11,004 nucleotides of DNA, taken from positions 1 through 11,004 of the forward strand of contig BAAFSQ010000314.1 in assembly GCA_054661495.1 (NCBI GenBank), in the 5' to 3' direction. The stretch is from Zygophlyctis sp. KS116 (lineage: Eukaryota > Fungi > Chytridiomycota). This document shows positions 9,283-11,004 of this stretch, one piece after another (position 1 is the first letter of the stretch; every line of letters begins with the position of its first letter). The notes under the pieces are model-generated. The model was given only the letters and a program-made list of their open reading frames with translations. It was not told the origin of the DNA and made no database searches. Position numbers and translations under genes: made by a program.

Positions 9283-9690
9283 TCACAATGCTGAATGAAT
9301 TATTAAATCTATCATATTCCCCACGGAAAAATAATCATCAGACATTTGCCTGAATTCCTGAATTAAAAGCAGTGTTGAAAGAATTAAAATCACCCATCCC
9401 ATTAATTGGAGCATATTGTCCTGAGTAAATCCTATCGGCTTTTAGGCGACCAATATGAATGTAATAACCATACATGTGAAAAAAGATTATAAGATACAAT
9501 TTATCCTTTTTTCAATGAGGAATTTGCGAGATTGGGCCGTAATATGCTTCCAATCCGAATTAGATTTATAAGCCGCAAATTCCAATGCAGAATTAATAGA
9601 ATCATGATCGACATTGTAATCCATTCTTTGAAGAAAACGGTCATGTTTGCACTCTACTATTGCAGTTAAGCGGAAGATTCTCACTCTCAA
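9283..9690 (-). pseudogene. Degraded fragment of a TRP-like/ion-transport channel gene (pre-S1 to S3)
   Basis: One frame read through the stops gives MDYNVDHDSINSALEF...INCIL*SFFTCMVITFILVA*KPIGFTQDNMLQLMGWVILILSTLLLIQEFRQMSDDYFSVGNMIDLIIHSAL*. It has three hydrophobic segments and the E-x-RQ...YF...N-x-ID pattern typical of channel S2-S3. Confidence 0.55.
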
Positions 9691-9730
9691 AAATGTAAAA
9701 TGTAATATTCACAAAAACAAAACAAGCGAT

Positions 9731-10903
9731 TTACGTTATATTTGTGCATGGAATGAATGAATTGCCTTGATCCCCTCCTGGATGAGTTGCAACACCGCAA
9801 TACATATACCGCACTCCTTTCACCTTCAGTGGGCCAGTAAGGCCATTCTGTTTTTCATCTTTGGTTTCAATTAGTGTGATAATTTCATCTTGGTTTGTAA
9901 GACCGTTGTACTCTGGATCTGTTAAAATCCTAAAAAAGGTTCGTCCAGTATCGGAAATAGGGTTAGTTGCAAAATGTTGATATTCAGCAGTTGCTGATCT
10001 GTCTTTACATAGGGCTGGACTGTTTGGAAATAGTTTTGCAAAATCAAGTCTGTGACCTTTGTATACTCCCCTACTGAGGGAATATTTAGCCAAAGCGCCA
10101 AGTCCGTCAAATGTTGTAGTAGTCGTGGATGCTGTACATTCGTACTTTTCTTGCAATTTAACTCTTGCCTGGGGAGTTATACGAGTTTCTAGGATAATGA
10201 ATTTATCGTCGAAATCCTTTGCAGCCGCTTTCAATAAATTCACACTGCGAAAATAAGTAATATCTGCCGGATATTTGATAAAGTGGTCCCCTATCTGTAA
10301 CGCGGGCTGAGCCGCCGGGTTTGTTACTGGTTTGTTTCCTGTTCCTGGTTTGTTTCCTGTTCCTGGTTTGGTAATAGGTTGACCTTGATCACCACTCGCA
10401 TCACCAGTAGCACCACCGCTTTGTTTTTGAGCAGCTTTAGTACCGGGGGAACCTGTTTCAGGTAGTTGCCCAAACAGTTTCTTTAAAAGTTCAAAGTGTT
10501 CTTTATCATGGTCGTTTATAAGTTTTTCCGGATTGTTGGAAAAGTATCGGTAAGTTTTATGTCCATCAGTCCCTAACTGCTTTGCTATCTGACTTTTCTT
10601 CAAATAATCTTTAATTTTTTTGATCTCAGCTTTTGCTTTTTTTGCTGCTTTTGCTGCTTCTGCTGCTTGTTCTGCCGGTGTTTTTCCAGCATTTGGATCT
10701 TTATCGCCATTTAAATTTGGCCCGTCCGAGCCAGGGTTTATCCCAGGCAGATTTTCAGTATTTGCACTGTCTACGGCGTTATCAGTTGCACCACCTCCAC
10801 CTGGTCGCCCACCTGGTCGACCTGGTAAGTCTAAAAAAGTCGACCCTTTGGCAGTAATTTGTTGTGCCAAGCAAAGTAAAAGTATGTGAACTACAAGAAT
10901 CAT
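9731..10903 (-). CDS. Secreted 390-aa protein: signal peptide, Gly/Pro-rich linkers, C-terminal RNase T1/ribotoxin-like domain (about aa 254-387)
   Basis: Uninterrupted ATG-TAA ORF with a hydrophobic N-terminus (MILVVHILLLCLAQQITA). The C-terminus YCGVATHPGGDQGNSFIPCT resembles RNase T1 LAGVITHTGASGNNFVECT and alpha-sarcin FCGIIAH...LKLC. I am more confident in the CDS than in the domain call (~0.65). Confidence 0.8.
   Translation of the reverse strand: MILVVHILLLCLAQQITAKGSTFLDLPGRPGGRPGGGGATDNAVDSANTENLPGINPGSDGPNLNGDKDPNAGKTPAEQAAEAAKAAKKAKAEIKKIKDYLKKSQIAKQLGTDGHKTYRYFSNNPEKLINDHDKEHFELLKKLFGQLPETGSPGTKAAQKQSGGATGDASGDQGQPITKPGTGNKPGTGNKPVTNPAAQPALQIGDHFIKYPADITYFRSVNLLKAAAKDFDDKFIILETRITPQARVKLQEKYECTASTTTTTFDGLGALAKYSLSRGVYKGHRLDFAKLFPNSPALCKDRSATAEYQHFATNPISDTGRTFFRILTDPEYNGLTNQDEIITLIETKDEKQNGLTGPLKVKGVRYMYCGVATHPGGDQGNSFIPCTNIT
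10327..10370 (-). repeat. Perfect 18-bp coding tandem repeat (~2.4 copies) encoding KPGTGN-KPGTGN-KP
   Basis: GGTTTGTTTCCTGTTCCT at 10329-10346 and 10347-10364 on the + strand, followed by GGTTTG. Confidence 0.9.
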
Positions 10904-11004
10904 TTCCTTAATTTTTTAAATAAAAGAACGGCACTCTGATCACATTGATTACAACGGCATGGCTTTTTGCGCCATCAAATCTAATGATCCATAGATTACT
11001 ATTC

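Noticed and set aside
9473-9482. Perfect UASINO-like CATGTGAAAA
   Set aside because: It lies between convergent 3' ends inside the channel relic, not in a promoter, so it is probably chance.
9922-10889. ORFs 9922-10110, 10059-10256, 10620-10889 and 10633-10857, including an apparent poly-Leu signal peptide; considered as antisense immunity genes
   Set aside because: They are shadows of the 390-aa gene. The poly-Leu and Ala/Phe runs are simply the reverse complement of its Ala/Lys codons.
9731-10903. Crinkler or RxLR-type effector assignment
   Set aside because: No LFLAK/HVLV or RxLR-dEER motif follows the signal peptide.
10959-10975. ATGGC-N7-GCCAT hairpin upstream of the secreted gene
   Set aside because: A 5-bp stem is expected by chance, and there is no tRNA or other ncRNA structure.

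Overview
AT-rich, gene-dense eukaryotic DNA, most likely from an early-diverging (chytrid-like) fungus; this is inferred from the OPI1-CYM1-BRO1 gene set and intron style. The ORF track looks fragmented because the genes are split by tiny GT-AG introns: I reconstructed 29, all 25-33 nt, and each gene model restores one continuous frame. Gene order: (1) 3' end of a plant-type LRR protein with a Cys-rich C-terminal domain, with one 24-aa LRR on a 72-nt exon (+); (2) Opi1 transcription repressor (-); (3) divergent CYM1/PreP metalloprotease that seems to lack a presequence (+); (4) a divergent ~1017-aa BRO1-domain protein starting 48 nt later (+); (5) an intronless secreted 390-aa protein whose C-terminus resembles RNase T1/ribotoxin nucleases (-). 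Both larger intergenic gaps seem to hold gene relics: a TRP-like channel fragment at 9.28-9.69 kb and a cryptic spliced remnant at 0.87-1.22 kb. The best leads are the ribotoxin-like secreted protein and the exon-modular LRR gene. All assignments come from manual translation and remembered motifs; no searches were run.
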